The notes beneath the pieces are model-generated. The model ran no database searches. It was not told the DNA's origin and saw only the letters and a list, made by a program, of their open reading frames with translations. Shown piece after piece: positions 63,700 through 64,000 of a DNA stretch of 64,000 nt. Every line of letters begins with the position of its first letter. Positions within the stretch are counted from its first letter, which is position 1. The DNA is from Lama guanicoe (taxonomy: Eukaryota): assembly GCA_013239625.1 (NCBI GenBank), contig MU054338.1, forward strand, positions 6,922,724 to 6,986,723, in the 5' to 3' direction. The translations under genes were made by a program, and so were the position numbers.

Positions 63700-64000
63700 A
63701 CATTTTTTTAGTGTATTGAGGCATAATTAATGTATAACAAACCACGTGTTTAAGTAATTTGATGACTTTTGACTGGAGTACTCTCGTATAACCATCACCA
63801 CAATCAAGATAATAACATTTTCCATCACCCCCAAAGTTTCCCTGTGGCCCCCTCATAACCCTCCCTCCGTTCCTGTCCCCAGGCAACCAACTACTGATCT
63901 CCTTTCTGTCACTATAGGTTATTTTTGCTGTTCCTAGAATTTTGTGCAAATGGTATCACATGGTGTGTAATTTTGGGGGTCTGTGGGAGGGGTCTTGTTT
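63700..64000 (-). mobile_element. Old L1 3' end
   Basis: accatcaccacaatcaagataataacatttccatcacccccaaagtttccct...ccaggcaacc. Confidence 0.7.

Overview
Mammalian genomic DNA, very probably from a camelid: it carries about 11 copies of a tRNA-Ala-derived, Vic-1-like SINE plus cetartiodactyl-type L1 3' ends. The gene order matches human chr19p13.2 read in reverse. Four protein-coding genes are reconstructable at base-level splice junctions: OLFM2 (+, exons 2-6; exon 1 lies upstream of the window), PIN1 (-, 4 exons, 163 aa), UBL5/Hub1 (-, 4 coding exons, 73 aa) and FBXL12 (+, 3 exons, 326 aa). All reading frames are intact. Bases 1-23297 are repeat-rich OLFM2 intron 1 (L2, MIR, L1, MaLR/ERVL LTRs, hAT MITEs). 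I found no evidence of a wholly new gene system. The most notable sub-features are: two U12-type minor introns alternating with U2 introns in the splicing factor gene UBL5; a tailless 5'-half-tRNA retrocopy with a 17-bp target-site duplication; an NRF1/ETS/GC-box promoter-like module inside PIN1 intron 2 ahead of an in-frame ATG; mirror-image AGGTCA/TGACCT arrays flanking OLFM2 exon 4; several inverted repeat pairs inside introns; and a degenerate 29-bp minisatellite. Repeat family names and comparisons with human proteins come from recalled consensus sequences, not from a database search.
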